A stretch of 64,000 bases of DNA from a virus: positions 32,001 to 96,000 of IMG/VR virus record IMGVR_UViG_3300045988_130225. One strand, 5' to 3'. The notes beneath the pieces are model-generated. The model saw only the letters and a program-made list of their open reading frames with translations, did not search any database and had not been told where the DNA came from. Position numbers and translations under genes: made by a program. Shown here piece after piece: positions 19,557-29,430 of this stretch (positions within the stretch are counted from its first letter, which is position 1; the number at the start of each line of letters is the position of its first letter).

Positions 19557-20357
19557 TCAGACATTTTTAAATCCTTGTCCAATATTCTTTTTATTTATAA
19601 AAGCATCTGCATATTTACCTTTCTTGTTTTTATACGCAAAATGCTCTATAGGTTTTTTAAACTTTCCACCATTTGCTTCAAAATTCTTGTTTACAATATA
19701 ATCAATTTGTTCAACAACAGCATTAAACAAAGACGTAAAGCTATAAAAAGTCATTTCAAGCAAATCTTTTTTTAACATGCCATTATGTGCTGAAATGATA
19801 GATATTTTTCTTTCTAATGTTATAGGTTCTTTATTCTTATTCACCAAGCTATAATATTCATCAATAGCTTTCTTATAATCTGGGTCTAAATCTCTTTCAT
19901 CTTCATAATCATAAATATTTTGATATTGTATTATCTGTATAATATCCTCAAAATCTTTATAATCTATGATAACTCCATTTATTTCAAGAATAAATTTACC
20001 CTTATCATCAACTTTGATTGTAAGTTGTTCTTCAATTTTATCAAGTCCAAAACACAGTTCTATAATTCTAACAAATTGCCAATATCTTATAGAGTGTTTT
20101 TCAACTTTTCCAAATAATTCTTCGCCTAAAACCATTTGCAAAAGAAATTGTAAATAAGAACTTTGAATAACTTGTATATCATTAATCGCATTTTTATCTA
20201 TTGTTAATACATTGTAACAATTTATAAAATCATTAGCATTTTTTACCGTAACTGGATATAACATTATAACTTGTTTATGTCTTGTAATATAAGGAATAGG
20301 TTCATCCATTTCAATATAACTTTCATAAGGTGCTATATCAAATTTCACTGAACACAC
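19557..20357 (-). CDS. Hypothetical structural protein
   Basis: 266-aa ORF in the head-tail module. Confidence 0.6.
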   Translation of the reverse strand: MCSVKFDIAPYESYIEMDEPIPYITRHKQVIMLYPVTVKNANDFINCYNVLTIDKNAINDIQVIQSSYLQFLLQMVLGEELFGKVEKHSIRYWQFVRIIELCFGLDKIEEQLTIKVDDKGKFILEINGVIIDYKDFEDIIQIIQYQNIYDYEDERDLDPDYKKAIDEYYSLVNKNKEPITLERKISIISAHNGMLKKDLLEMTFYSFTSLFNAVVEQIDYIVNKNFEANGGKFKKPIEHFAYKNKKGKYADAFINKKNIGQGFKNV

Positions 20358-20911
20358 CCACTTCCTACATCACCAATCTGAACAGCCATAAATATACTTG
20401 CACCATTGTAGTTTCTTGTATTATTCAAAGCCGCCCTAGACCTACAATATTGTGATAGTTCTGCGTTAAACTGAAATTGTCCAACACCGTCCATAGCATA
20501 AGAACCATTAAGTGTTTTCATAATCTCAGTTTCCATAACATCAGCCCTATTACAAGGAATACCATTATAGTCCACAATAGCAATTTTATCACCAAATAAA
20601 ACATCAAATTCATATACAACAGTACATAAATAAGGATTTATTGGATAACTGTCATACTTAAAACATTTCAATATGGTTGTTGCATCATATTGCATATTTT
20701 CAACCAAAGGATTTAAAAATATCCTATATTTTTGTTGTTGGTCTTTATTTTTATAAATCATTCCCATTTTTTCTTCAAACGTAAGATTAGGTTTGCTTAA
20801 ACAATCATAAGTACCATACTTAAGAAGTTTAAATATATTTTCATTATTTTGAGCCAATGTCATTATAATTTTATAAGGAACATATGGCAAATTTGCAAAA
20901 TTATTAAACAT
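20345..20911 (-). CDS. Putative tail completion/head-tail joining protein
   Basis: 188 aa, positional. Confidence 0.5.
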   Translation of the reverse strand: MFNNFANLPYVPYKIIMTLAQNNENIFKLLKYGTYDCLSKPNLTFEEKMGMIYKNKDQQQKYRIFLNPLVENMQYDATTILKCFKYDSYPINPYLCTVVYEFDVLFGDKIAIVDYNGIPCNRADVMETEIMKTLNGSYAMDGVGQFQFNAELSQYCRSRAALNNTRNYNGASIFMAVQIGDVGSGCVQ

Positions 20912-20927
20912 TTACACATACTCCTTT

Positions 20928-22205
20928 CTAAAACGCAGACACTAGCTTGACTTCTTTTTGTAATGTTAAATCTTCAGCTTCTATTGTTAAAACCAATACA
21001 TCAGACGTAGGTTTTATACAAGTTAAAGCATATGTATTATCTGATTTAGACAAAGTATAATATCCTTGTTTAACACCAGCTGCAGTTACAGTAATATCAA
21101 CATTTTGTTTAATGCCATTAATCATCAACATTGGTTCAAAAATTTGAACATTACCTTGACGTACTTGTGTGAAAACAGGTGTTATAACAATCTCTTTTTT
21201 CTCAGCTACAGTTTCTACCACAGTACATATTGCTTCGTCTTGTACTGTCTTGTACTGACTGGTAGCCACATGAAATTCAATTTTAGACCCCAACTCAACA
21301 TCAGCTGAAATCTGATAATTACCGTTTTCATCTATTGTCGCACTTTCAGACGGTACAGCCCACCATTGCAAAGGAATAGACAACTGCTCGTTGTCCCTCA
21401 TTACAATAGCTTGTAACCTACCGCTACCACCTTGTACCACTTCAAATTCACCATCTTGTATCATAATCGAAAAAGTATGTTCGTAACGATTAGCCACATT
21501 ATTTTCAATATCATCAGACGGTTGAATTTCATCAAGATATAAGTCTATATAAAGAATAGTAGTATCTTGGTCTATATAACTATTCTGCATATAATTATTA
21601 TACCCAGTAATCTTAAAAGGTCTACCGTTAAATATAAACCTTTTATTTTGTTTCCATTTAATTGTTTCCTTGTTTCCTTGCACTATCATTACAACATGAT
21701 TATCTGGGGTAACAATATCTTCCATGTACTTAGGTGAAGGTGATGTAGGTGTATAGTCCAAAATACAAGGTATTGATATAATATCACCAGTATTTTCATC
21801 TACATATTTTGCAAGATTATTACAACGTCTGACAACAACAGCCTCGGAAACACTGTTATAGTTGTCTGTAAATGTTGTAATCCAGAAATTATCGTCAAAT
21901 TGATATAATAATCCTCTAGTATTTCTATCAGAAGAACCATTTTCTTGAATAATATCCTTGAAAATTAACTTTCTGAAATCATCACCATTTTTACGTCCGG
22001 TGCTTGTTTCCTCTATGACATGGTTTATATAAACAGCTATAGGATTAAACTCAAAAGAACCTATTTCAGTTTCTTCACTCACATCATATTGCACAGTGGT
22101 ATTATCCCATTGAGAATCAACTGATGCTTGCATATCGTTTCTATACTTACTGTTAGGGGTCATAGCCAGACCCTCTAGGTAAGCACCATAATAAGTTAAT
22201 GCCAT
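20928..22205 (-). CDS. Head-closure/neck-like structural protein with Ig-like region
   Basis: 425 aa, positional and Ig-like C-terminal segments. Confidence 0.5.
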   Translation of the reverse strand: MALTYYGAYLEGLAMTPNSKYRNDMQASVDSQWDNTTVQYDVSEETEIGSFEFNPIAVYINHVIEETSTGRKNGDDFRKLIFKDIIQENGSSDRNTRGLLYQFDDNFWITTFTDNYNSVSEAVVVRRCNNLAKYVDENTGDIISIPCILDYTPTSPSPKYMEDIVTPDNHVVMIVQGNKETIKWKQNKRFIFNGRPFKITGYNNYMQNSYIDQDTTILYIDLYLDEIQPSDDIENNVANRYEHTFSIMIQDGEFEVVQGGSGRLQAIVMRDNEQLSIPLQWWAVPSESATIDENGNYQISADVELGSKIEFHVATSQYKTVQDEAICTVVETVAEKKEIVITPVFTQVRQGNVQIFEPMLMINGIKQNVDITVTAAGVKQGYYTLSKSDNTYALTCIKPTSDVLVLTIEAEDLTLQKEVKLVSAF

Positions 22206-22220
22206 GGCTATGTCCTCCTT

Positions 22221-22457
22221 TTATTTTACTAAATCTATTGCTTGAAAAATAGAAGCCTTTACCATATAATGTGTAGCTTCTGTTCCTAATTTGTTTAAAC
22301 CTCTTATGATAATAATAACTTGTTCGTTTATCTCGTTTTTCTTTACACCGTTTAACCAAACTAATAAGGTTTCTAAATATTTATAATAATCTTCTCTTGA
22401 AGTTTCATAAATACATAAAGCCTTATACAATTTCCCAATAATCAAATTCTTATTCAT
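22221..22457 (-). CDS. Hypothetical protein
   Basis: 78-aa ORF, overlaps next gene by stop/start. Confidence 0.5.
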   Translation of the reverse strand: MNKNLIIGKLYKALCIYETSREDYYKYLETLLVWLNGVKKNEINEQVIIIIRGLNKLGTEATHYMVKASIFQAIDLVK

Positions 22458-22903
22458 TAAAACACCAACTGCAAATCTTTTATTTTGTCTATATTATCAT
22501 TCTGATAATCCAAACTATCTTGCTTTATCTTTTCTCTCATTCTATCCAGATATTCAGATTTAGCGTCCAGATTATTTGCTTCTGCATAATGTTTAAAGTC
22601 TGTATTAGTAAGGTGTAAATTAAATTGAGTAACATCATTAACATTGGTTTCAAACCAAGTGTATACAAACCAATCTGCTAAAATACTTTGTTCTTTCAAA
22701 GTTAATTCATTAGCAAATTCTCTAGTTTCCACATCATAATCAAGAGGTTGTAAACATTCAACAAATTTAGGTATAGATTTAATTAACATTCCATCAGTAT
22801 ATTTTTGAAAATCATCAGCACTTTTTTCATAAAGTTTATCCAATTTGTAGTCACGAATAATAATTAATGCTAAGTCTTTTATAGAATCAAAGGAAGTAGC
22901 CAT
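22457..22903 (-). CDS. Putative head-tail connector protein
   Basis: 148 aa, positional. Confidence 0.5.
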   Translation of the reverse strand: MATSFDSIKDLALIIIRDYKLDKLYEKSADDFQKYTDGMLIKSIPKFVECLQPLDYDVETREFANELTLKEQSILADWFVYTWFETNVNDVTQFNLHLTNTDFKHYAEANNLDAKSEYLDRMREKIKQDSLDYQNDNIDKIKDLQLVF

Positions 22904-22927
22904 AGTCTTTCACCTCCTTTTCATTAA

Positions 22928-23590
22928 TTATTCAGCTTCGATTCCAACAAAATCAATTCCAGTAAGTTCACCAAGTTTAACCAGAACATTTGCATCTACA
23001 TCAATTCCTTGTAAACGCTTATTCTTAATCATTTCTACAATGGTTTCTTTCTGACCTCTTGGAGCCATATTATAAAGGTCAATGATTTTATTTGCATCAT
23101 TCTTGAAAATATTCTCAATGACATCTGGTGGTAACATCTTATTATATTCAGACGTTTTTCTTAATTTCTTAACAACTTCTTCGTCAGCGATATAGAAATA
23201 TCCCTCATTAGCAAATCTCTGATTGTGCTGTACAATATCTTTCAAATCACCAAATGGAATATCCATAATCTGTCCAAAATCAGTAAAGGTGTAAATATTT
23301 CCTTGACCTCTACCTTGTGTTGCTAAGTTTAATTCGCCTTGACACATACTTACAACTGGTACTTCAACTTCGAGGTAGTTGTAAAACCTATCGTTACCAG
23401 ACGGTACAGACTGGGCAACTCCTTGTGTCTTAACCTTCCCCTCTAAGTCATTAAGTCTGTTCATAAGTGCTTCAAATTGCTCTGTACTAAGTGTTACCGT
23501 ATTAGCAGATTTTTCTTCTACGTTTTCTGTTACAGTTTCCTCAACAATAGGTGCTGTAGCAGTCTTTTTTGCTGTTTTTGCGGTTGCCAT
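22928..23590 (-). CDS. Hypothetical head-module protein
   Basis: 220 aa, coiled-coil N-terminus (EQFEALMNRLNDLEGKV). Confidence 0.6.
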   Translation of the reverse strand: MATAKTAKKTATAPIVEETVTENVEEKSANTVTLSTEQFEALMNRLNDLEGKVKTQGVAQSVPSGNDRFYNYLEVEVPVVSMCQGELNLATQGRGQGNIYTFTDFGQIMDIPFGDLKDIVQHNQRFANEGYFYIADEEVVKKLRKTSEYNKMLPPDVIENIFKNDANKIIDLYNMAPRGQKETIVEMIKNKRLQGIDVDANVLVKLGELTGIDFVGIEAE

Positions 23591-23626
23591 ATCGTTTCAT
23601 TCCTTTCATTCATTTTATTCATTAAA

Positions 23627-23665
23627 AAAGAAATGCCAAGAAAGCATAAAACTTCCTTGGCATTT
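23627..23665 (-). terminator. Rho-independent terminator after capsid gene
   Basis: AAATGCCAAG...CTTGGCATTT hairpin followed by T-run on the minus strand. Confidence 0.8.
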
Positions 23666-23697
23666 TTATGCTTAAGTCTTAAAAAGACCAATTAAAA

Positions 23698-24807
23698 TTA
23701 GTCAAGTTTAACTAAACCAGCAGTTGAGTTAGTAATAAGTTCACATGCCCAACTCTTATTAATAGTAGTGTTAGATGTAAGATTTGCGTTATCGTAGTAG
23801 TTATTTCCATTGCTGAGTTGAGTACCTTCAATTACCATTTTAACTAACTTATCTGTAGACGGAGATACAACATAAATCTTCTTATCATCAAGTGCCAGAG
23901 AATACTTAGAGTAATCACCAGTAGCGACCTGTGGCAGAACCATAATGTCATAGTCAAAGAAGTTCTTGATAAGCTGAATACTCTGGGAGTTACTATCTGT
24001 TACGATTCTGTAACCATTAGCGGCGTTTGGAATAATCTTAGATAATGCAAGTGCAGTACCTACGATTACAGCCTTATCACCCTGATTATAAGCGGTTACA
24101 GTCTGACACAGACCAAGCAGAGTGTCCTGTGTATAACCAGTCTTAACTAAAGCCGTAGGATAAGTAGCCGCAGTTAAACCTGCGTTCAGTGCATTGTAAG
24201 CGTCCAGAGAGAAAGCAGTTTCCATAGAACGAACAGCGGTTCTTACAAACTCAGCTAAATTCTCCTTGCCTGCTAGAGCCTTATACAGAGAAGCGTAAAC
24301 AGTGATGTTGTGGTTTACTGGATTAAGGGTCTTGTTTGCACTAAACTGTTTCTGACGAATAGTAGTTCTCTGACCATGTGCGCCAGTAGAAACAGTCATT
24401 AACGCTCTTGGCTTAATCTCAAACTGTGCAGAATCACCCCAAGCAACATTACGAACTTCGGTATACACTCCAACAGAACGAATAATGGTTTCTGGTAATA
24501 CTGCCTGAATCAGCATATCAACAACAGCAAAAGCTGCCCACTGCATCATTGGATTAGCAACTAAATGCATAGGCTGAATATCTTCTGGCAGATTACAACC
24601 TGCAAATCTCTGAACTTCACCTAAGAAAGACTTGTTAATCTTATCTTCCTTTTCACTCAGAGAAACAGAATTATCAAAATCACCTAATTCTTTTTTGTTT
24701 ACCTTAGACATGTAATGGAAATAATAATCTCTGAATCTGTCAACAAATTTTAAAGTGTCCTCATTACCGTTAGAGAACTTAATAATGGATAAATCCTTAA
24801 TAGCCAT
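23698..24807 (-). CDS. Major capsid protein (putative)
   Basis: 369 aa; position, own strong terminator, RPRALMTVSTGAHGQRTTIRQKQF..., HK97-like capsid appearance. Confidence 0.75.
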   Translation of the reverse strand: MAIKDLSIIKFSNGNEDTLKFVDRFRDYYFHYMSKVNKKELGDFDNSVSLSEKEDKINKSFLGEVQRFAGCNLPEDIQPMHLVANPMMQWAAFAVVDMLIQAVLPETIIRSVGVYTEVRNVAWGDSAQFEIKPRALMTVSTGAHGQRTTIRQKQFSANKTLNPVNHNITVYASLYKALAGKENLAEFVRTAVRSMETAFSLDAYNALNAGLTAATYPTALVKTGYTQDTLLGLCQTVTAYNQGDKAVIVGTALALSKIIPNAANGYRIVTDSNSQSIQLIKNFFDYDIMVLPQVATGDYSKYSLALDDKKIYVVSPSTDKLVKMVIEGTQLSNGNNYYDNANLTSNTTINKSWACELITNSTAGLVKLD

Positions 24808-24858
24808 AAGTCTAAAATCCCCTTTCTAATATATACTCAATTATATACCCAATCAAAA

Positions 24859-25407
24859 TTACTGAACTCTTTCAAGAATCCAACCTGCTTCGCTATCAGT
24901 ACCAATAGCAAAAGGCATAGCTTTGCGAATAGCAAATCTTAAACCAGTATAAGCACTTGTAGCTTCTGCAATAGCTTTCCAACCAGTACCTGCGGTATAT
25001 TCTACAAACTTAGCTGTAGCACCAATGGTTGCAGGGTCTTGTGCGCTTGCGAAGAATGGTGTAGAAATTTGCACACAGTCACCAATCTGTACAGAAAATA
25101 CATCAAATTCTACATTCTTAACATTGGTGTAATTTCTTGGGTCAACACTAATACCTTTGTACAGTAAAGTACCATCAGCAAGTACGTTTACTTCTGGAGC
25201 GCAAGCCATCCAATACTGAGCGTGTTTACCTGCATCACCTAAAGGGGTAGCTGTCCATACAAATTCCTTACCTGCTGTTTCACTAAAACCATTTTCAAGA
25301 GTAACTACAGTACCGTTCATAACATCTTCACTACAAATAGCACTACGATTATAAGCGTCTACGTTATCAGCCGCAATTCTGGATAAAACTAAAACTGTAT
25401 TAGCCAT
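24859..25407 (-). CDS. Putative head decoration/capsid-associated protein
   Basis: 182 aa immediately upstream of capsid gene. Confidence 0.45.
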   Translation of the reverse strand: MANTVLVLSRIAADNVDAYNRSAICSEDVMNGTVVTLENGFSETAGKEFVWTATPLGDAGKHAQYWMACAPEVNVLADGTLLYKGISVDPRNYTNVKNVEFDVFSVQIGDCVQISTPFFASAQDPATIGATAKFVEYTAGTGWKAIAEATSAYTGLRFAIRKAMPFAIGTDSEAGWILERVQ

Positions 25408-25441
25408 ATTCTAATTACCTCACTTTTCTTATTATTTTTTA

Positions 25442-27208
25442 TTAATCAGCCCATAAACCAGTATTTTTATTTGTTTCAACAGGTGAACCCATACGCCATA
25501 ATCCCTGTCTTGATTTATTAGACTTTTTACTTGCTTCAAAAGCTACACTCTTAACCTTGTTCTTCCAACCGTCTAATTCAGACATCTTACAAAGTTTTCC
25601 CTCACACTCAAACTTTTCAAATTCGTCTTTGTCAACAAAATTTTTAACTTCTTCAAGTGTCTTTGCAACTTCCATTTCTACAGATTTCTTTTCTGTATCT
25701 TCTTTGAACTTTCTCAATTCACCAAGTTCTGTATCTTTCTGCATGATAATATTGTCTTTATCCTCTAAATCTTTTGCTAACTTAGCGTTCTTTTCAGCTT
25801 CTTTTTCAAGCATTTCACAATAAGCAGAAGCATCTACATTAGCATCTGTGGAAAGCTTTTTAATGAAATCTACACATTCAGACATAGTAATTGCCTTGTC
25901 CTGTTTTTCTTCCATTTTAGCTTTTTCTTTATTATCTTCATGTTCATCATCATCTGCTTTTTCTTCCATTTTCTGAACTTTATCTTTCTTTACAGTGTTC
26001 CACTTAATATCAGCAGAAACCTTTTTATCGTCTTTACTAACTTTAACATCAGCTTCAACACGATACCTTTCATCACCTTTAGTATAAATAATATGGTCTT
26101 TTTCTACGGAATCAACATAGACATCTTTACCCTCATGGTCTTGAACCTTAGCAATAATATCACCCCATGCTTTTCTTCCTTCAATTTCAAATTTCTGTTC
26201 TTGCATAGTTTTACTTTCCTTTCCTTTACTCTCTTTATTATCGTCATTATCTTCAATATCAAGACTTTTATAAATCTTTTCAATTTTAGACACAACATCA
26301 GTTTCATTTTCAGCTTTAGCGTAACCTAAAGCAGAACTTAAACCATTACGATTATATACTAAAGTATCACCTTTAAACTGCATAACTGGATATTTCAGCT
26401 TATCAGATGGTGCGTCTTTCCAACCATTTTCTACTTTCATGTATACATCTTTAACGAGAGTATCAGCATTAGAAGCATCAATAATTTTCTTATAAAGTTC
26501 AGTTTTATCTACTTCACCCCATGGTGTATCTACCATAGAATCCTTAGATTTATCTACTTTATATGTTTTCTTTTCCATGTTTACCCTCCTTTCTTTTGCG
26601 AATTTCTTTAATTCAGATAAACTATTACTTTTGCAATTTTCGTAAAATTTATTAGCTTTTTCTTCAAACTTTACCAATTTTGCATTTGCTCCGGGACTAC
26701 TTGGATTTATCCTTTTGCCCAGAACAGTTAAACCTACGATACAAAAATTGGAAATCAAATTATTATCAACTTCACCGTTTTCCAATTCTGTGCCTACGGT
26801 CAACATTTCCACTGATACGCTTCTGCGATTATCGTTATATTTAAACATATTATACACATCTTCTGCATAAATCTTAGAAATAACAAAATCACATATTGCT
26901 AAAAGATAGCCGTCTTTATCATATTCAAAGCGAATATCTTGATTTTCAGGTATTCTTCCAGATATGCACTCGTCAACCGTATGACCTTCACCATCTTTTG
27001 TATAAGGATTTACCTTACACACAAGCCATTTACCCTTTATTGTATCAGCACAATTTCTTAATACTTCTTCTGAAATAATTAACCCATGGGTATTAGGTCT
27101 TGTACTCAGAAAAAGTGTAGTTCCATAGGCAAATTCTGGGTCATCATCATCAACAAATTTTTCAATAACATCTACTGAAAAATTTCGTTTAATCTGTTTT
27201 ATTTCCAA
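25442..27208 (-). CDS. Putative prohead protease fused to scaffold-like region
   Basis: 588 aa; N-terminal VLRNCADTIKGKWLVCKVNPYT...CDFVISKIYAEDVYNMF, C-terminal charged coiled coil, upstream of capsid. Confidence 0.6.
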   Translation of the reverse strand: MEIKQIKRNFSVDVIEKFVDDDDPEFAYGTTLFLSTRPNTHGLIISEEVLRNCADTIKGKWLVCKVNPYTKDGEGHTVDECISGRIPENQDIRFEYDKDGYLLAICDFVISKIYAEDVYNMFKYNDNRRSVSVEMLTVGTELENGEVDNNLISNFCIVGLTVLGKRINPSSPGANAKLVKFEEKANKFYENCKSNSLSELKKFAKERRVNMEKKTYKVDKSKDSMVDTPWGEVDKTELYKKIIDASNADTLVKDVYMKVENGWKDAPSDKLKYPVMQFKGDTLVYNRNGLSSALGYAKAENETDVVSKIEKIYKSLDIEDNDDNKESKGKESKTMQEQKFEIEGRKAWGDIIAKVQDHEGKDVYVDSVEKDHIIYTKGDERYRVEADVKVSKDDKKVSADIKWNTVKKDKVQKMEEKADDDEHEDNKEKAKMEEKQDKAITMSECVDFIKKLSTDANVDASAYCEMLEKEAEKNAKLAKDLEDKDNIIMQKDTELGELRKFKEDTEKKSVEMEVAKTLEEVKNFVDKDEFEKFECEGKLCKMSELDGWKNKVKSVAFEASKKSNKSRQGLWRMGSPVETNKNTGLWAD

Positions 27209-27440
27209 TGAACTCCACTCTCCTTTCTTTTAATATTCCATGAGTTTCGCTCAATTTCATATACTTATCTACAAATTTCTTATCAATCTTATAATAAGTT
27301 GCTTCTCTATCCATATACATAGGCATAAGACCATTTTCTTGTAACAACAAATTCTCTTGTGAATTGGTTACTCGCCAATAGTCTGTATCATTTAAAGGTG
27401 TACTACGAAAAATCATAATTTCACCCCTTTGATACCCCAT
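27189..27440 (-). CDS. Hypothetical protein
   Basis: 83-aa ORF in operon. Confidence 0.5.
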   Translation of the reverse strand: MGYQRGEIMIFRSTPLNDTDYWRVTNSQENLLLQENGLMPMYMDREATYYKIDKKFVDKYMKLSETHGILKERRVEFIGNKTD

Positions 27441-27919
27441 TTGCTAATATTAAAATCGAACTTATCAAAATCTGTAGGCATTTGTTGTGCTTTATCATTT
27501 AATGTATTTACTTGTCCCATAATGATATTGTATTTTCTAAATAATCTATACATATCGGAAGTTACGTTTCTATCCCTATGAGCAATAGCAATGTCTACTA
27601 CTTTATTCATAATTTCATAAACTTCGCTAAACTCTTTTAAGACCGTAGAAAACATATCAGATAAATTAGAATAATTTCTATCATCTTTATGGACTTCTGG
27701 GCGAATAGAAGATAAATTATAATTATCTTTAATTTCACTCACAACATCTGCAAGCAAAGGCATAGTATGACTTATGTTAAGATGTACAATTTCTCCTGCG
27801 TTTGGCATAGAAAAATCGTTTAGCATAACAGAAGCTACTCTATCCAAAGTTGCGTTCAAATCAAAAAACGCTCCATACAGCACGTCTAACGCTTCACTTG
27901 TTTCTTCATGTATCAACAA
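27413..27919 (-). CDS. Hypothetical protein
   Basis: 168-aa ORF downstream of portal/TnpB. Confidence 0.55.
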   Translation of the reverse strand: MLIHEETSEALDVLYGAFFDLNATLDRVASVMLNDFSMPNAGEIVHLNISHTMPLLADVVSEIKDNYNLSSIRPEVHKDDRNYSNLSDMFSTVLKEFSEVYEIMNKVVDIAIAHRDRNVTSDMYRLFRKYNIIMGQVNTLNDKAQQMPTDFDKFDFNISKWGIKGVKL

Positions 27920-27939
27920 ATCAACTCACCGTTACTGAA

Positions 27940-29371
27940 AACTTATAAAAAGTTATAAACTTTTATGTTTCATTCCTACTTCAACGAGTATGCTTTCATA
28001 ATTATTTCTAATATACTACTCACAAGTTCTTGCACTCTCCATAGGCGTAAATTCCGAACTAACGTATTCGTACATATTTATATCAACCTGAAATGCTATG
28101 ATACAGATTGATTTAAAACATTTTCTCCATATCTTTTAAGATTTAAAGATGCTTGATAATCTCTGTCAATCATATTACCGCAATCACATTTATAAACACG
28201 GTCTGATAATTTTAAATCTTTTTTAATTTTGCCACAACAACTGCATAATTTAGAACTAGGAAAAAACCTATCAGCAACTATTACAGTAATATTATTCCAT
28301 TTACTTTTATATTTAATTTGCCGTCTAAACTCATAAAATCCTTGCTGTTGTATAGCTTTGGATAAATGTTTATTTTTCATCATACCTTTTACATTCAAAT
28401 CTTCAATACAAATAAAACTTGGTTCTCGCTTTATAATTTCAGAAGTTATTTGATGTAAATAATTCTTGCGAATATTTGTTAGTTTATGATTTACTTTTAA
28501 AAGTTTCTTTTCGCTTTTTACAATGTTACTTGTTTTACAATAACTATCTCCTTTCTTGTTTTTTAAATATTCCCTAGAAACAGAACGCTGTAACCTACGT
28601 TTTTTCTTCTCTAACTGTTTTATCTTTTGTGATTTATTTATATTTTGATATTTATAATTATTAGAACAAATAGCTAAATCTTTAATTCCTAAATCAATAC
28701 CAATTCCTTCTTTATTAGGAATATTTACACTATCTGGATATTCTACACCAACTGTAATCCACCAATTTAATCCGTCAAATTTAATTCTAGGATTATAATA
28801 TTTACAATCTGTCGGTATACGATTACGTTCAGCAAGTCGTATCCAGTTTAATTTCTGCTTATTTTTCTTTTTAGATTTTGTAAATCCTTCAACTTTTACA
28901 TGAGTTTCAGAAAATTGAATTTTTACACTATCTTGGTAAAAGGAGGGTGTAGATTTTTTTCTGTTTTTAAATTTAGGAAAGTTTGTCAAGCCTTTAAAAA
29001 ATTTCTTATAAGCATCACAAGCATCTTTAATAGCTTGTTTTGTGACATTGTTAGAAATATCATTTAACCAGACATATTTCTGTGTATGTTTCATTTTTGT
29101 AAATTCTTTTCGCAAATCCGTATCAGATAGAAATTTACCACCATTTTTATAATTTTCTTGTTCTCTTGCTAATGCCCAGTTATAAGCAAATCGAGCAGTG
29201 TAAGCATACTGAAGCAATTTTGTCTTTTGTTTATTGTTTGGAATTAACATTACTCGAATCGTTTTTAACACATTGTTCGCCACCTTCATCTATAAGTTCT
29301 TTTACAAATTTCTTTGCTTTGTCTTATAAAACTTATAAAAATCAACATTCAATTATAACTTTTTATAAGTT
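27940..29371 (-). mobile_element. TnpB-only insertion flanked by 19-bp inverted repeats (boundaries tentative)
   Basis: AACTTATAAAAAGTTATAA at 27940-27958 and its exact reverse complement at 29353-29371 flank tnpB; sits between portal and next head gene. Confidence 0.45.
28096..29289 (-). CDS. tnpB: TnpB/IS200-IS605 OrfB family RNA-guided nuclease, intact
   Basis: 397 aa; RuvC motifs GIDLGIKDLAI, FICIEDLNVKG, CxxC...CDCGNMIDRDYQASLNL. Confidence 0.93.
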   Translation of the reverse strand: MKVANNVLKTIRVMLIPNNKQKTKLLQYAYTARFAYNWALAREQENYKNGGKFLSDTDLRKEFTKMKHTQKYVWLNDISNNVTKQAIKDACDAYKKFFKGLTNFPKFKNRKKSTPSFYQDSVKIQFSETHVKVEGFTKSKKKNKQKLNWIRLAERNRIPTDCKYYNPRIKFDGLNWWITVGVEYPDSVNIPNKEGIGIDLGIKDLAICSNNYKYQNINKSQKIKQLEKKKRRLQRSVSREYLKNKKGDSYCKTSNIVKSEKKLLKVNHKLTNIRKNYLHQITSEIIKREPSFICIEDLNVKGMMKNKHLSKAIQQQGFYEFRRQIKYKSKWNNITVIVADRFFPSSKLCSCCGKIKKDLKLSDRVYKCDCGNMIDRDYQASLNLKRYGENVLNQSVS

Positions 29372-29430
29372 TATAATCATTGTTATTCACCTCTTTCAAC
29401 CAGTGTTACTCACTGTTACTAATCAGTACC

